The notes beneath the pieces are model-generated. The model saw only the letters and a program-made list of their open reading frames with translations, was not told where the DNA came from and did no database searches. 64,000 nucleotides of DNA. It comes from a virus. Shown one piece after another: positions 11,466 to 21,992 of this stretch (position 1 is its first letter; every line of letters begins with the position of its first letter). The translations under genes and the position numbers were made by a program. The DNA lies in IMG/VR virus record IMGVR_UViG_3300004807_000021, positions 1 to 64,000 of that record; one strand, given 5' to 3'.

Positions 11466-11466
11466 G

Positions 11467-13917
11467 TTACCTTGCATATTGTATGTTAGTTGGCATGAAT
11501 ACGCCTAGGCCTTGTGTGCCGCCGCTAACGTTCAATAGGAATCCTGTAAAAGACATACTATCTGCTGTAGTTACAGCCACGTTACCGTTGCCTTCGCCCC
11601 AAGCAAATACTTGGCCACTATCAGCTATAGCAAACATGGCATGTGGATAACTTTGATCAGTGTTGCCCCAACCGCTAGGCATAAGTTGTACTAGCTTGGT
11701 TCCAGGTGGAACATAAGTTGATACTGGATAGTATGTGCTACCACTTTCGTCAACTGGATTAGATGTACCGCCAGGAACGCCAGGGTTGCCTAGTTCGCCA
11801 TAGTAATTATAGCCTTGGCTGAATACTTTGCCGGAAGCAGTTAAAAATGTAATGGTTCTGTAAGCGCCTGAACTGGCAAGATGTATAAACACATCTACCA
11901 CGTTTACAATTCCTTGACTGCTACCTAATGTTAATGCTAGAGGATTATTTGTTGATGTTATCAACTGTCCAGTAGCAGGTGTAGTAGCACTGCTATAACC
12001 CAGTGTGTTATTTCCAGAAGTTAAAGTAGAACTAGCGCCACAGATATAAGTTTGGCCGTTTACAGCTCTTACAACGTTTTGTACAAACGCAGAGTTATCA
12101 CTACTCCATAATAGCCAAAAGTTTGTGATAGAACCGTTGATACCAATTGTTGATTTAGTTAATTGTGTTCTGGTAGAAGCAATAGCATTACCAGAAGCTC
12201 CGTATGCATCTGCACCAGTTTGCCACAAGAAACCTTGACCATCTAGTAACATAAACGTAGCATTAGAACCTACGTTGGCTGCTTGCCATTTGGTAATACC
12301 AAGACTAGTAGTCGGTGTCCAGTTTGTCATTTGTGTTGGACGATATCTAGTGTTAGTATCGTTAGTACCCAATTGGCTTGCGGCATTATAGCCCCATGCA
12401 TACAAGTTGTTCTGAGCTGTACGTGCATAACTAACGCCTGAACCTGCTGGGCCCATTGCCAATATGTCTATCACACGCTCGTTATTGAAATATGTACGTG
12501 GCAAACGTTGTGCGGTCCACATATCACTTGTGGTACCTAATCCCAATTGACCTACGTTGTTTGCACCCCAAGTCCATACGTTACCTTGATCATCTAATGC
12601 TAATACATGGTGTGCATCACTAGCTGGGCCATAAGGAGCTGAAATTTTAATAATTTTTACATCGTTAAGACCAATTACACGCTTAGGCATACCAATATTA
12701 GTGTTATCACCTGTACCCAAGTATCCTTGTGAATTGTTTCCGTTGCCCCAAACTTCACCGTTATTAAACAAATAGTGAGCCCACTGATATCCAGCTTCGA
12801 TTTGGATGCAACGTGGCGGCATACCATCTGGGGTAACTAGACGGCCTGGACCGCCATTATCACGACTGTTCCACCAATCAGCATGATTGAATGTTATTTC
12901 TTGCGGGAAACTAATTTGTATAGGAGCAGTACCGTTACCGCCGTTAGCTGTGTTATTTAATCCGTTATTATAAGTATCGCCAGTGCCGTGTTGATACACG
13001 CGACCAGAACGACTGATCCACTTCATACTTTTACTATGATTACCGTTACCGCTGTTTCCGTGTGGATAAGGCCAGTTGATTGGTCCTTTGTTCATAAACC
13101 AGCCCACACTATTGTGTTCTGTTCTACGATCTCCGTTAACCAATAGCATCCAGTTATGCCCAGCACTGCCAGTTATAGGATTAGTTGGGAATGATCCAAT
13201 TGAATCTGCAAGAGCTAGATAAGTTGCTCCTTGATATTCTACTATATCGTTATAGTAGTACTGTGTAATTGCATTATAGGCTCCTTGGAATCTATAGCCA
13301 GAAGTCAACTGATCCCAATACTGATATCCTCTAAATGACGGAGTCACAGTAATTGCTGGTTTAGGAGTTAAAGCGGCTCCGCCATATCCTGTATCAGTAG
13401 CTGAGAAATAATATAAAGTACCAACCAAAGAGCTAGGTAAAATTACATCTAATACACCATCAATGCCAGGAGTTCCATTATATTGATATGTATAAGTTGT
13501 AGAACTAGTGCTTAGTTCTACACCGTTAGTTCCAAAATAACCATCTGCTGTAGTTGATAAAGCAAATCTGTGTGTAAGATTGCTGTTATCTTTCTGATAA
13601 AATCTATAGTGAACGTTAGCATATAATGTTAAACTTGGGTAAGCTCTACCGTCTATAAAAAAGTAGTTAACGTTACTGACGGTTCCTACAGTTACATAAA
13701 ACACGTTGATTTCATTTGCATCCACTGTTTTTGACAAAACATTTGAACGATCTCTTTTACCTGGGCTAAATTCAGTGCTTGTGCCAACACCGTGACCTTG
13801 GGTACAAATCCAAACAGCGCCGTTGTATGCCACAATATCGTTGGGCAAATAGCTGTTGCTAGGACTCCAAGTACCTCTCCAAAGTTGTTTAATTTTTCCT
13901 AAATCTAATGTTGACAT
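11467..13917 (-). CDS. RCC1-like beta-propeller virion protein (paralog 2)
   Basis: RCC1 repeats (QGNVWTWGANNVGQLGLG, NLYAWGYNAASQLG). N-terminus LGKIKQLWRGTW...YLPNDIV. Shares TPDGxPPRCIQ with the 8601 gene. Confidence 0.8.
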   Translation of the reverse strand: MSTLDLGKIKQLWRGTWSPSNSYLPNDIVAYNGAVWICTQGHGVGTSTEFSPGKRDRSNVLSKTVDANEINVFYVTVGTVSNVNYFFIDGRAYPSLTLYANVHYRFYQKDNSNLTHRFALSTTADGYFGTNGVELSTSSTTYTYQYNGTPGIDGVLDVILPSSLVGTLYYFSATDTGYGGAALTPKPAITVTPSFRGYQYWDQLTSGYRFQGAYNAITQYYYNDIVEYQGATYLALADSIGSFPTNPITGSAGHNWMLLVNGDRRTEHNSVGWFMNKGPINWPYPHGNSGNGNHSKSMKWISRSGRVYQHGTGDTYNNGLNNTANGGNGTAPIQISFPQEITFNHADWWNSRDNGGPGRLVTPDGMPPRCIQIEAGYQWAHYLFNNGEVWGNGNNSQGYLGTGDNTNIGMPKRVIGLNDVKIIKISAPYGPASDAHHVLALDDQGNVWTWGANNVGQLGLGTTSDMWTAQRLPRTYFNNERVIDILAMGPAGSGVSYARTAQNNLYAWGYNAASQLGTNDTNTRYRPTQMTNWTPTTSLGITKWQAANVGSNATFMLLDGQGFLWQTGADAYGASGNAIASTRTQLTKSTIGINGSITNFWLLWSSDNSAFVQNVVRAVNGQTYICGASSTLTSGNNTLGYSSATTPATGQLITSTNNPLALTLGSSQGIVNVVDVFIHLASSGAYRTITFLTASGKVFSQGYNYYGELGNPGVPGGTSNPVDESGSTYYPVSTYVPPGTKLVQLMPSGWGNTDQSYPHAMFAIADSGQVFAWGEGNGNVAVTTADSMSFTGFLLNVSGGTQGLGVFMPTNIQYAR

Positions 13918-13928
13918 TTTTATTTTCC

Positions 13929-16900
13929 TTAATCAGTCAGTGGTATAGTCATGGATTCTGCGTTGGCAAAGTTACTAGCATAGGTAGTGTACACTTGTCC
14001 GAACACGTTTACAGTAGTACCAGTTGCCGCACTGGCTGCCGATCCAGACAACATCAATCTTCCATCTTTATTAACCCATACTAACCATTTGTATGCATCG
14101 CCTGGGCCTGCATATCCCATGCAATTATCCATGTAGCCCTGCATGCCTGGAGCACTACGCAGTGGCTGCCATGCAAATGAGTTTACAATTTCAATACCGT
14201 TGGCATCACTACCATTGGTACCGCCAAATGATGCTACGTTGGGTGCAGTTGATATTGCGCCGTATGATGCGTTTGGACCACTTCCGCTAAATCCAGTACT
14301 ACATTGTCCGTAAAAATTATTACCTATACTAAAACTCATACCGTTGTCTAGTACTATGGTTGCTGAAACATAACTGTTCCAAGCACTAAACGCCAGTTGT
14401 TTTACGTTTGTAAGATTATAAAAACTTCCAGCAATATTAATTTTGCTAACTGTTGCTGTGCTGTTATTTGAAGTTACTAGACCAGTAGCTCCTAATTGTC
14501 CTTGTCCGTTATATCCGCAAGTATAGCAAAGTCCTGTATTTTTATCACGTTGCATCATTGTAGTATAAGAACCGCCTGATCCGTATAACCACATGTCAAC
14601 GCATGCACTGTTGGCCACAGTACCTGGGCCGCTACCTACTGGAGACCATTGAGGATTAGCTACAGTACCACTTCCTGCCCAGCCACTTGCATTGTTACCT
14701 GCTATGTAAACTTGACCTGTACTGGTTAAAACAGCCGAGCAAGCATTTGTGGCTGCACTACCGGTAAAGTTGTCTGACACTTGTATTTTTACTATGGAAC
14801 CTACTGCACCACCACCAAACGGTGTGCTTGGAGCACCGGCTGTTGTAACTTGCACTGGTTGGAATCTGTTGGTTGTATCATTTAATCCTAATTGTCCACT
14901 TCCATTTGCGCCCCACGCCCACAAGTTGCCGTCCGCGGTTACAGCAAAACTCCAACCGTTAGTAGAAGCTCCACATGCCCAAATAGCTACAACCGATTGT
15001 CCTGGTCCAACACCGCCCACTGCAAATGCTGTTCTTGGCAACTGTTGTGGTATGCTATAGTTGGTTGTATTATTTGTTCCTGTAATGAAACCCACGCCCA
15101 ACTGTCCGTTGTTGTTTGATCCCCATACCCACACGTTACCGTTCTCGTCAATTGCCATGCAATGACGTCTGCTATCAGCAAATCCGCAACCACCGCTCAT
15201 ACTGATACGTTTGATACGCACATTGCTAAACGCATGTCCAGCAGTTAAAATAGTACCAGTAGAATAAGTAGTTCCAGTTGCAGTTGTGTTAGCATTGACA
15301 CTAACTAAAGATCCGCCTACACGCACTGGATATGCTCTATTATTAGTAGATGCGTCTCCGTTTTCACCGCCTGTAGCACTGCCCCATGCAAATACTTCAC
15401 CCGAATTCATTAATACTAGATTACCGTCATAACTTTTTTCCCACTGTATTACACGAGGTAAATTGTTATCTGGTGTTGAATGTACACCGTTTCCGCTATT
15501 ACTAGCTGAACGCCAGTAATCATAGAATGGAAATGATAATGCAGTTAATGCAAAAGCACTAGCACCGCTAGTTGCTTGTCCGCCTTGTGGAACACCTACG
15601 CTTCCGTTAACATCTAATCCCCATGACATAGCTTGACCATTGTAAGCTACGTATCCAAAACTAGGACTATCTGTAGTATTTTTAGTTGAACCATTATAAT
15701 AGTTAGGACTGTTATCAAATGCAATGCCCCTGTTAGGCTGTACTAGTACTTGATAATTGTTGTTACCATACACACCAAGATTATAACCGCCCTGTGTACT
15801 GCTTGGTGCAATTTGTGTACCCAACAATCCTCTACGTGTTACAGGAGTCCAATAAGCTGAATCTATAGGAGTGATAACTGGAGATGTTAAACTGGCAGTA
15901 TGTGCTTGAATACAATAATATGCCTGTGTTACGGTTCTGCTTAAACTATAGTTACCAGCAATACTAGTCGGTACTGTTAACAAACTTGTAGGAGTAGCAT
16001 AAACTACTGTGTCTCCTACGGAATAAGTTTGTCCGTTTGTCCATGTACCGTTGTTATTGAATAATTGTGTAAATGAAGTCCAGTATGCACTTCCTACTGC
16101 TGGAACTCCTGGTGCAACTGTTGTGTAAGTCAAATTGTTGGTAGGAGTAACTACTAACGAACTTAGTGTATAAACACCAGTTCCATTACCAGCGGCTGCC
16201 GCTGTAATGGTAGTAACGTTAGATGTGCTTGAAACTGTTCCTAAACTTCCGCTTTGCATGCTAAGTGTTGTAGTATTAGCATACGTCACTGTAGTAGAAG
16301 TACTAGTCAATACTACAAATGTTCCGTTGTAGCCTAATGGAGTAATACCTTGCACAACAATGGTAGAACCGCTAGCAAATGGAGTGCCTGTTGATTGAAT
16401 TGGAAATGTTAGTGTAGCAACTGAACCAGTGCCAGTTGCATTGGTTACAACTAACGGTGTTGTAGAACCTGCTATTACCTGGCCTACTGCTAAAGATCCG
16501 TATGCAACAAAAGATGTGCCTGTAATCAGTGCAGATCCTGAACTTACTGATCCAAATGTATAAGCTGTAAATGTTATGTAAGTGCCTGCTATAGCATTGG
16601 CGTAACTTGTTGATAGAGTTAATGTTGTTGCAGAAAGTACGTTACCAACAAAATATGTAGTTGCTGTTAACCCGCCACCAGCGTTTCCACTTACAACAAA
16701 TCTGTTACCAGTTTGCAACCCTGCTGTACTGGCTACTGTTACAGTAGTTCCAGCTGATGTAGAAATAATGCTAGTTCCAGTCGATAGTGTGATTGGATTT
16801 AGTGATGTTACTGTTAGGGTATAGTTAGTTTGACTACCTACAAACGATGCAGTTTGTGTTGGCTGTGTACATACCCATTGTTGTTGACGATATGTCACAA

Positions 16901-16985
16901 TATCGTTTGCAACATAGGCAGTAGACGGATTGAAATCACCTCTCCAATCCAGTCTTAATTTTCCTAAATTTATTGTTTGTGCCAT
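13929..16985 (-). CDS. RCC1-like beta-propeller virion protein (paralog 3)
   Basis: RCC1 repeats (NGNVWVWGSNNNGQLGVG, DGNLWAWGANGSGQLGL) and N-terminus LGKLRLDWRGDF...YVANDIV. Confidence 0.8.
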   Translation of the reverse strand: MAQTINLGKLRLDWRGDFNPSTAYVANDIVTYRQQQWVCTQPTQTASFVGSQTNYTLTVTSLNPITLSTGTSIISTSAGTTVTVASTAGLQTGNRFVVSGNAGGGLTATTYFVGNVLSATTLTLSTSYANAIAGTYITFTAYTFGSVSSGSALITGTSFVAYGSLAVGQVIAGSTTPLVVTNATGTGSVATLTFPIQSTGTPFASGSTIVVQGITPLGYNGTFVVLTSTSTTVTYANTTTLSMQSGSLGTVSSTSNVTTITAAAAGNGTGVYTLSSLVVTPTNNLTYTTVAPGVPAVGSAYWTSFTQLFNNNGTWTNGQTYSVGDTVVYATPTSLLTVPTSIAGNYSLSRTVTQAYYCIQAHTASLTSPVITPIDSAYWTPVTRRGLLGTQIAPSSTQGGYNLGVYGNNNYQVLVQPNRGIAFDNSPNYYNGSTKNTTDSPSFGYVAYNGQAMSWGLDVNGSVGVPQGGQATSGASAFALTALSFPFYDYWRSASNSGNGVHSTPDNNLPRVIQWEKSYDGNLVLMNSGEVFAWGSATGGENGDASTNNRAYPVRVGGSLVSVNANTTATGTTYSTGTILTAGHAFSNVRIKRISMSGGCGFADSRRHCMAIDENGNVWVWGSNNNGQLGVGFITGTNNTTNYSIPQQLPRTAFAVGGVGPGQSVVAIWACGASTNGWSFAVTADGNLWAWGANGSGQLGLNDTTNRFQPVQVTTAGAPSTPFGGGAVGSIVKIQVSDNFTGSAATNACSAVLTSTGQVYIAGNNASGWAGSGTVANPQWSPVGSGPGTVANSACVDMWLYGSGGSYTTMMQRDKNTGLCYTCGYNGQGQLGATGLVTSNNSTATVSKINIAGSFYNLTNVKQLAFSAWNSYVSATIVLDNGMSFSIGNNFYGQCSTGFSGSGPNASYGAISTAPNVASFGGTNGSDANGIEIVNSFAWQPLRSAPGMQGYMDNCMGYAGPGDAYKWLVWVNKDGRLMLSGSAASAATGTTVNVFGQVYTTYASNFANAESMTIPLTD

Positions 16986-16998
16986 GCTATTATCCTAA

Positions 16999-19900
16999 TT
17001 AGTATGTGAGTTGTAAGTTACCAGTCGCGTTATTTATTAACAAGTTTGTTCCACGAGACACCATTGCATAATCAACATACGATGATGCATCTACTAGAGA
17101 TGCGGTACCTCCAGCATCATTAACCCATATCAAGTTGCCGTTTACATCCACTGCTAGTGAATGTACGTTTTCTCTAGTACCTTGATCCACATAGTCTTTA
17201 TTAGCCAATACTGCATAAGACTGTGTTTGAATTTGAGCATTAGTGTAGTTGTAGTTAGTTAAACTATTAAATTGTACCGCTCCCACTCCGTCTGGTGCAA
17301 ATACAATGTCTGAACCAGTGCCCGGTGAACTACTGATAATGTTATTTTGAATATAAACCTTACCAGCTGTCAACACGTTAACTTGTAAATTGTTACTACC
17401 AGAACCTAACTGGCTACTGATGTATGTTCTGATTGCTTTTTGTGTTGGTACTATGGCATCGCTGTTTGCACTTAGTGTTCCGTCTGTTGAGAACTGGCTT
17501 ACAAATGCTCCAGTTGTACCCAACTGCAAACTGTTCAAACCTGCCAAATTAAACGCACTTACGTTCAATGTAGCTTGTCCAGTTGCTTGGTTAATCTTAA
17601 ACAAATCACCAACGCTAAAGTTACCGTCTTGGTCAGTACTGGTGTAGAACACACGACCATTATTTTGTCCCAAGTGCTGATTAGCTGTAATATACGAAGC
17701 TGTGTTTACACTAGGATATGCTGTGCTGGCAAAGTTACCAGTACCAATAGCCAGATAATCATGTCCTGTCAAACGTATTTGACTGAATTTTTGGTATACT
17801 GTAGCAGTTGCGCCTTGTGTTAGTGGATTTGTAGTTGAAACTGATGAACCAACTGTTACATTACACTTACCAGTTCCTGCTGTATAGCTGTTAGTTGATA
17901 CAACTAGGAACGGAGCTGCCTGACCGCTGATAATAATAATGCTTCCAACACGCGGTGCTTGACTGAATCCTAAGAAATTCAATACATTTCCAGTTTGTGC
18001 AATATTTGCATAACCTGTAGCATCTGATATACTTGTAGCTAGACCAACTTGGTTGAATACAATATATCCAGCTCCTCTGTTTGTATACGTTACACTACTA
18101 ATTGCTCCACTTAGAATTTGTGGAGTAAATGTTGCACCAGAACCTTGTGGGTCTGTGACTGTAAATGTTGGAGTACCGGTATAACCAGCACCACCATTAA
18201 GAATATAAACACCTGCAAAAGTAAATGTACTTGGATCAATATTAGCTCTTACCACAGCTTGAGTGCTATATCCACCACCGACTATAGTAACTTCAGGAAG
18301 AATAGTATACTGACTAGAAGCATCTAGTGCTGTAACAATGCCAGCGCCAGTTACTAGTGTTTCCCATCCTTGCGCACCAGCAGTTGTTTGAACATACACT
18401 ACTTTAGTGGTGCCGCTTGGAGTATCTACCAAATAGCTATTGGCAATAATACCTGTTTGCCCTGCACCTGTACCACTAACGATAGTGATACGCATGCCTT
18501 GATATTGATTATTTGCTGTTGCTTTGTCTGTTGCGGCTAGTGCAAACCACACACCGCTTGAACTTGTTCCGCCGTTACGTCCTGTACCAGCAACAAATTG
18601 ATATCCAGAACCTGGACTTGTTACAACCACGTGGCTAAGTGCATTGCTAGTAATAACACCTGATACACTGGCATTGGTACCGTTTGTAGGAGCCGAGTCT
18701 AAACTGATTGTTGGATTTGTGTAGGCTTGTCCACAGTAGTTCCAATAGATAGCTAGAATTTGTCCATTACCTACTAGAATGTTTCCAATTTGTGCGCTGT
18801 TGGCCAAGTTGTTAACTGTACCTGGGTATCCAACATCGGTTGGATCTGTGTCGGCAGCAACATCACCATAAGTACCATAACTGTTATTACCGTTAGTAGC
18901 ACGTAGTACACCACCTGACTGGCAAAGATAACCAATGTAAGCATAATAAGTGAACACGCTAACTGCTTCGCAACGGCCGCCATTAAGACACATGATACCG
19001 ATACCGTCATCGATGACTTGTGTGAAATCGTTACATACCATAGAAATAGTACCAGTACGATTTTGATCTAATCCGTTAATATATAATCCTACTGCCTTGC
19101 TTCCAAATGTTGAACAATTTTGAATATAAGGACTCTTGCTAGTGATAGATCCGTTTGGATCTAGTGCGCAATAAGCACCACTGGCTGTTGCACTAGGCCA
19201 TGTACCAACTGTCAAACGTTGAATACCTGATCCGCCTGTTGTATCGCCTGCAAGATATGGAGTACCTGTAAATTGACCTGTCAATCCGCCCATTGTCATA
19301 TTACGAAGTACGCAGGCTTGATTTAGCAAGAACATTCTTGAACGGTTATTTGGAGTAACCCCATCTGAACTTAGACCAGCGGCTGGCTGTACAATGGTTG
19401 TACGCAATTCGTCGCCTACTAAACTAACGTATGCTGGCACTGTGATTGGCAATAGTTCGCTGTATGTACCTGTTTTGATAAAAATAGTAACTGGCGAAGT
19501 ACTAGTTGCTACACTGGCAGCTTGAATACAAGCGTAACGAATAGTTGCAAAAGGTCTATCTATTGTGCGACCATAACTAGTTCCGTCTGATCCCGATGTG
19601 GCGCTAACATAAAAAATGTTGCTGATATATCCATACTCGCCCCAACGCGGTTGCATTGTGGTATCGCCCTGTGTACGAGCTTTTAATACATAACCGTCTA
19701 ATACTGCACTACCTGATTGTGTACCGTTGGCCATGTGTAGGCCAGTAACTGTACCATCGCTATAGCGATAGGCCAAGTCACCAATTTCAGTTAGTGTTGC
19801 ACCAACACCGCCTTGACCAATAATTTGCCAATAAACTGAATTAGGAGGAGATACGTTACTGCTGATACCAGTAGCCACGTATGTAGAACTAGTATTAAGA

Positions 19901-20994
19901 ACTACGTCACCTGGATAGTAAATGCCTGCCACAGTACCTGTACTTGAAGTATATGTACCAGGTGTGCTTGATATTTGATATTGAACTTGTGTATTTGAAC
20001 CTGTACCTGAAACTACGAATACACCGTTATATGATCCTGTTGTACTAGATACACCAGTAACTACAATGTTAGTTCCTACAGTAAATGGTGTGCTAGATTG
20101 TGTAGCAAATGTCAAAGTAACTGTGCTACCACTGCGAGTTGCATTGGTAACAGTTAGTGCTTTTGCATAAGCACCGCGATGGTTGAAACCTTTTACAATT
20201 AATGACCAGTAAGCAGAATTAACGCCAGTTCCTTGAACATATGGTTGTTGATTTGTACAATCTTGTACGCAAACATAAGTCCAGCCACCAAATGTAACTA
20301 CATGACCTGTTTTATAAGCAGTTGCTAAATTCCAATCACCTTGTTGGCTGTAGCCTGTTGTAACCACACTCCAATATGATACTGCTGTACTAGGAGTTTG
20401 ATTTACGTTAACTGATATTGCGTTGTAAACATAACCGCCATAAGTAACTTGGTCACCAATTGCGTATGTTGTTGAACTATTCCAAGTGTTAACGTACTCT
20501 AAGCCTTGAACAAAAATTGTCCAGTTAGATAAGTCTGAACTAAAAGCAGAACTAGAAAGATTAGCTGTAGTACAAATATAAATGTCAGCACCATACTTAA
20601 CTAAATCGTTAATATAATATTGTGTGCTGGCAGTCCATGTATTACGGAATTTAACACCTGGGCTATATAGTACCCAGTTGCTGATGTCACTTAACCAAGT
20701 ACTGGCACTGGTATGTGCAGTTGTACAATAGTAAACGTTTCCGTTAACTGTGACAAGATCACCAGGATTAAACCCTGTGCTAGCGGACCAACCACCTGTA
20801 ACAAAATTTGTACCACCGGCCATTTTTTGCCAGTTAGCTTGATCTGTTGCAAATGATGAACTGCTGGTGTATGCGTTGATACACATGTAGCTAACGCCAC
20901 CAACAATGACCACGTCATCTTTGTAGTATGGTGTACTAGCCTGCCATGGGCCTTTCCATACAAATTTGATCCTACCTAGTTTGAATTCTGCCAT
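16999..20994 (-). CDS. Tailspike-like protein: tandem WxxxxxYxxGDxV repeats plus a pectin-lyase-like beta-helix
   Basis: About six W...Y..xD.V repeats, then FYVS..GSD...G.TIDRPFATI, IFIKTGTYSE.LPITVP..VSLVGDELR and SPYIQNCS, typical of right-handed beta-helix spike proteins. Confidence 0.7.
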   Translation of the reverse strand: MAEFKLGRIKFVWKGPWQASTPYYKDDVVIVGGVSYMCINAYTSSSSFATDQANWQKMAGGTNFVTGGWSASTGFNPGDLVTVNGNVYYCTTAHTSASTWLSDISNWVLYSPGVKFRNTWTASTQYYINDLVKYGADIYICTTANLSSSAFSSDLSNWTIFVQGLEYVNTWNSSTTYAIGDQVTYGGYVYNAISVNVNQTPSTAVSYWSVVTTGYSQQGDWNLATAYKTGHVVTFGGWTYVCVQDCTNQQPYVQGTGVNSAYWSLIVKGFNHRGAYAKALTVTNATRSGSTVTLTFATQSSTPFTVGTNIVVTGVSSTTGSYNGVFVVSGTGSNTQVQYQISSTPGTYTSSTGTVAGIYYPGDVVLNTSSTYVATGISSNVSPPNSVYWQIIGQGGVGATLTEIGDLAYRYSDGTVTGLHMANGTQSGSAVLDGYVLKARTQGDTTMQPRWGEYGYISNIFYVSATSGSDGTSYGRTIDRPFATIRYACIQAASVATSTSPVTIFIKTGTYSELLPITVPAYVSLVGDELRTTIVQPAAGLSSDGVTPNNRSRMFLLNQACVLRNMTMGGLTGQFTGTPYLAGDTTGGSGIQRLTVGTWPSATASGAYCALDPNGSITSKSPYIQNCSTFGSKAVGLYINGLDQNRTGTISMVCNDFTQVIDDGIGIMCLNGGRCEAVSVFTYYAYIGYLCQSGGVLRATNGNNSYGTYGDVAADTDPTDVGYPGTVNNLANSAQIGNILVGNGQILAIYWNYCGQAYTNPTISLDSAPTNGTNASVSGVITSNALSHVVVTSPGSGYQFVAGTGRNGGTSSSGVWFALAATDKATANNQYQGMRITIVSGTGAGQTGIIANSYLVDTPSGTTKVVYVQTTAGAQGWETLVTGAGIVTALDASSQYTILPEVTIVGGGYSTQAVVRANIDPSTFTFAGVYILNGGAGYTGTPTFTVTDPQGSGATFTPQILSGAISSVTYTNRGAGYIVFNQVGLATSISDATGYANIAQTGNVLNFLGFSQAPRVGSIIIISGQAAPFLVVSTNSYTAGTGKCNVTVGSSVSTTNPLTQGATATVYQKFSQIRLTGHDYLAIGTGNFASTAYPSVNTASYITANQHLGQNNGRVFYTSTDQDGNFSVGDLFKINQATGQATLNVSAFNLAGLNSLQLGTTGAFVSQFSTDGTLSANSDAIVPTQKAIRTYISSQLGSGSNNLQVNVLTAGKVYIQNNIISSSPGTGSDIVFAPDGVGAVQFNSLTNYNYTNAQIQTQSYAVLANKDYVDQGTRENVHSLAVDVNGNLIWVNDAGGTASLVDASSYVDYAMVSRGTNLLINNATGNLQLTY

Positions 20995-21044
20995 TTTTTA
21001 TTCCTCGATGTCTTATTTATTCATACTTAATGAACTAAATTAGC

Positions 21045-21614
21045 TTATGCTATGGTCCCCATATCTATTGCGTACAATGTACCTTCTATGTCACTTACTG
21101 TGCTAAGATTGCTGGCGTTAATATTTTCTAAAGGATTGCCAGTACCAATTATAGTACCAAACGAATAGCCGTTAGCCAAAATATGTGCTACCGGATTGGC
21201 AGCCGCTGTGCTACCAGTTAACAATGTTTCTGCTAGAACTTGTGTAGTTACTCCAAACGCATAGTTATATGGAACATCAACTCTTACACTAAGTACTCCG
21301 TTGGCGTCAACATAATAATATAAATCGTCTGGGCTCCATTTATACTGTTCAAAGTTAAGTCCAGAATAGTTAGGCATATGAGTTGTGCCGTCTACTCCTT
21401 CAAAGAAATCCACACCTTGCTCAAGATTGTCATAAAATCCAGTGGTGTTTAAGGTAGTTAAGTCTTCTAGGCTAACTGGATCAGGATCTGAGTCTAGATT
21501 AATCTTGGTAACTTTTAAGAAACCATCAGCTGTTCTATTCATGCCATAGAAGTATCTAGCAGTCTGATTAAAGAACTCTTCTGGTGTTTGACCTAGATAA
21601 AAATTATTTGCCAT
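21045..21614 (-). CDS. Hypothetical virion structural protein
   Basis: 189-aa ORF with AGGA SD inside the structural operon; no recognisable motif. Confidence 0.6.
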   Translation of the reverse strand: MANNFYLGQTPEEFFNQTARYFYGMNRTADGFLKVTKINLDSDPDPVSLEDLTTLNTTGFYDNLEQGVDFFEGVDGTTHMPNYSGLNFEQYKWSPDDLYYYVDANGVLSVRVDVPYNYAFGVTTQVLAETLLTGSTAAANPVAHILANGYSFGTIIGTGNPLENINASNLSTVSDIEGTLYAIDMGTIA

Positions 21615-21623
21615 ATACTATCC

Positions 21624-21989
21624 TTAACTTATACTCACGTAACTGACAACAGCATCTATACTGTTATTGGCATTAGAATTGATTAATACTGCATTGTTGC
21701 CTGCAAGAATCAATTTTTCACTGTTGGTTATTAATTTCAAACTGCTTTGTGGTGCCATCATAATATTTTTAGCAATAAATGCTTGACTGATCACATTGCT
21801 AGTATTGTTTGTACCATCCCCGTTGGCACCATAGGTGAATAATTGAACACTGATCTGTACCATAGCGTTAGTAGTATTGGCTAAGTTTAAGCCAATAACT
21901 GTGTATGATCCAACGTTGTTGGTAGACAGCACAGCAACTGGTGTTATTCCTATATTTTGAGAGATACTGTTTAAGAATTGCGTTGCCAT
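21624..21989 (-). CDS. Small beta-rich virion protein (paralog of 26114..26458)
   Basis: 121 aa. Pattern 'GLNLAN...I.K..MAP.SSL.L...EKLIL..N' resembles 'TIMICN...IPPTETV.L..EKLVLGNN'. Confidence 0.6.
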   Translation of the reverse strand: MATQFLNSISQNIGITPVAVLSTNNVGSYTVIGLNLANTTNAMVQISVQLFTYGANGDGTNNTSNVISQAFIAKNIMMAPQSSLKLITNSEKLILAGNNAVLINSNANNSIDAVVSYVSIS

Positions 21990-21992
21990 GTT

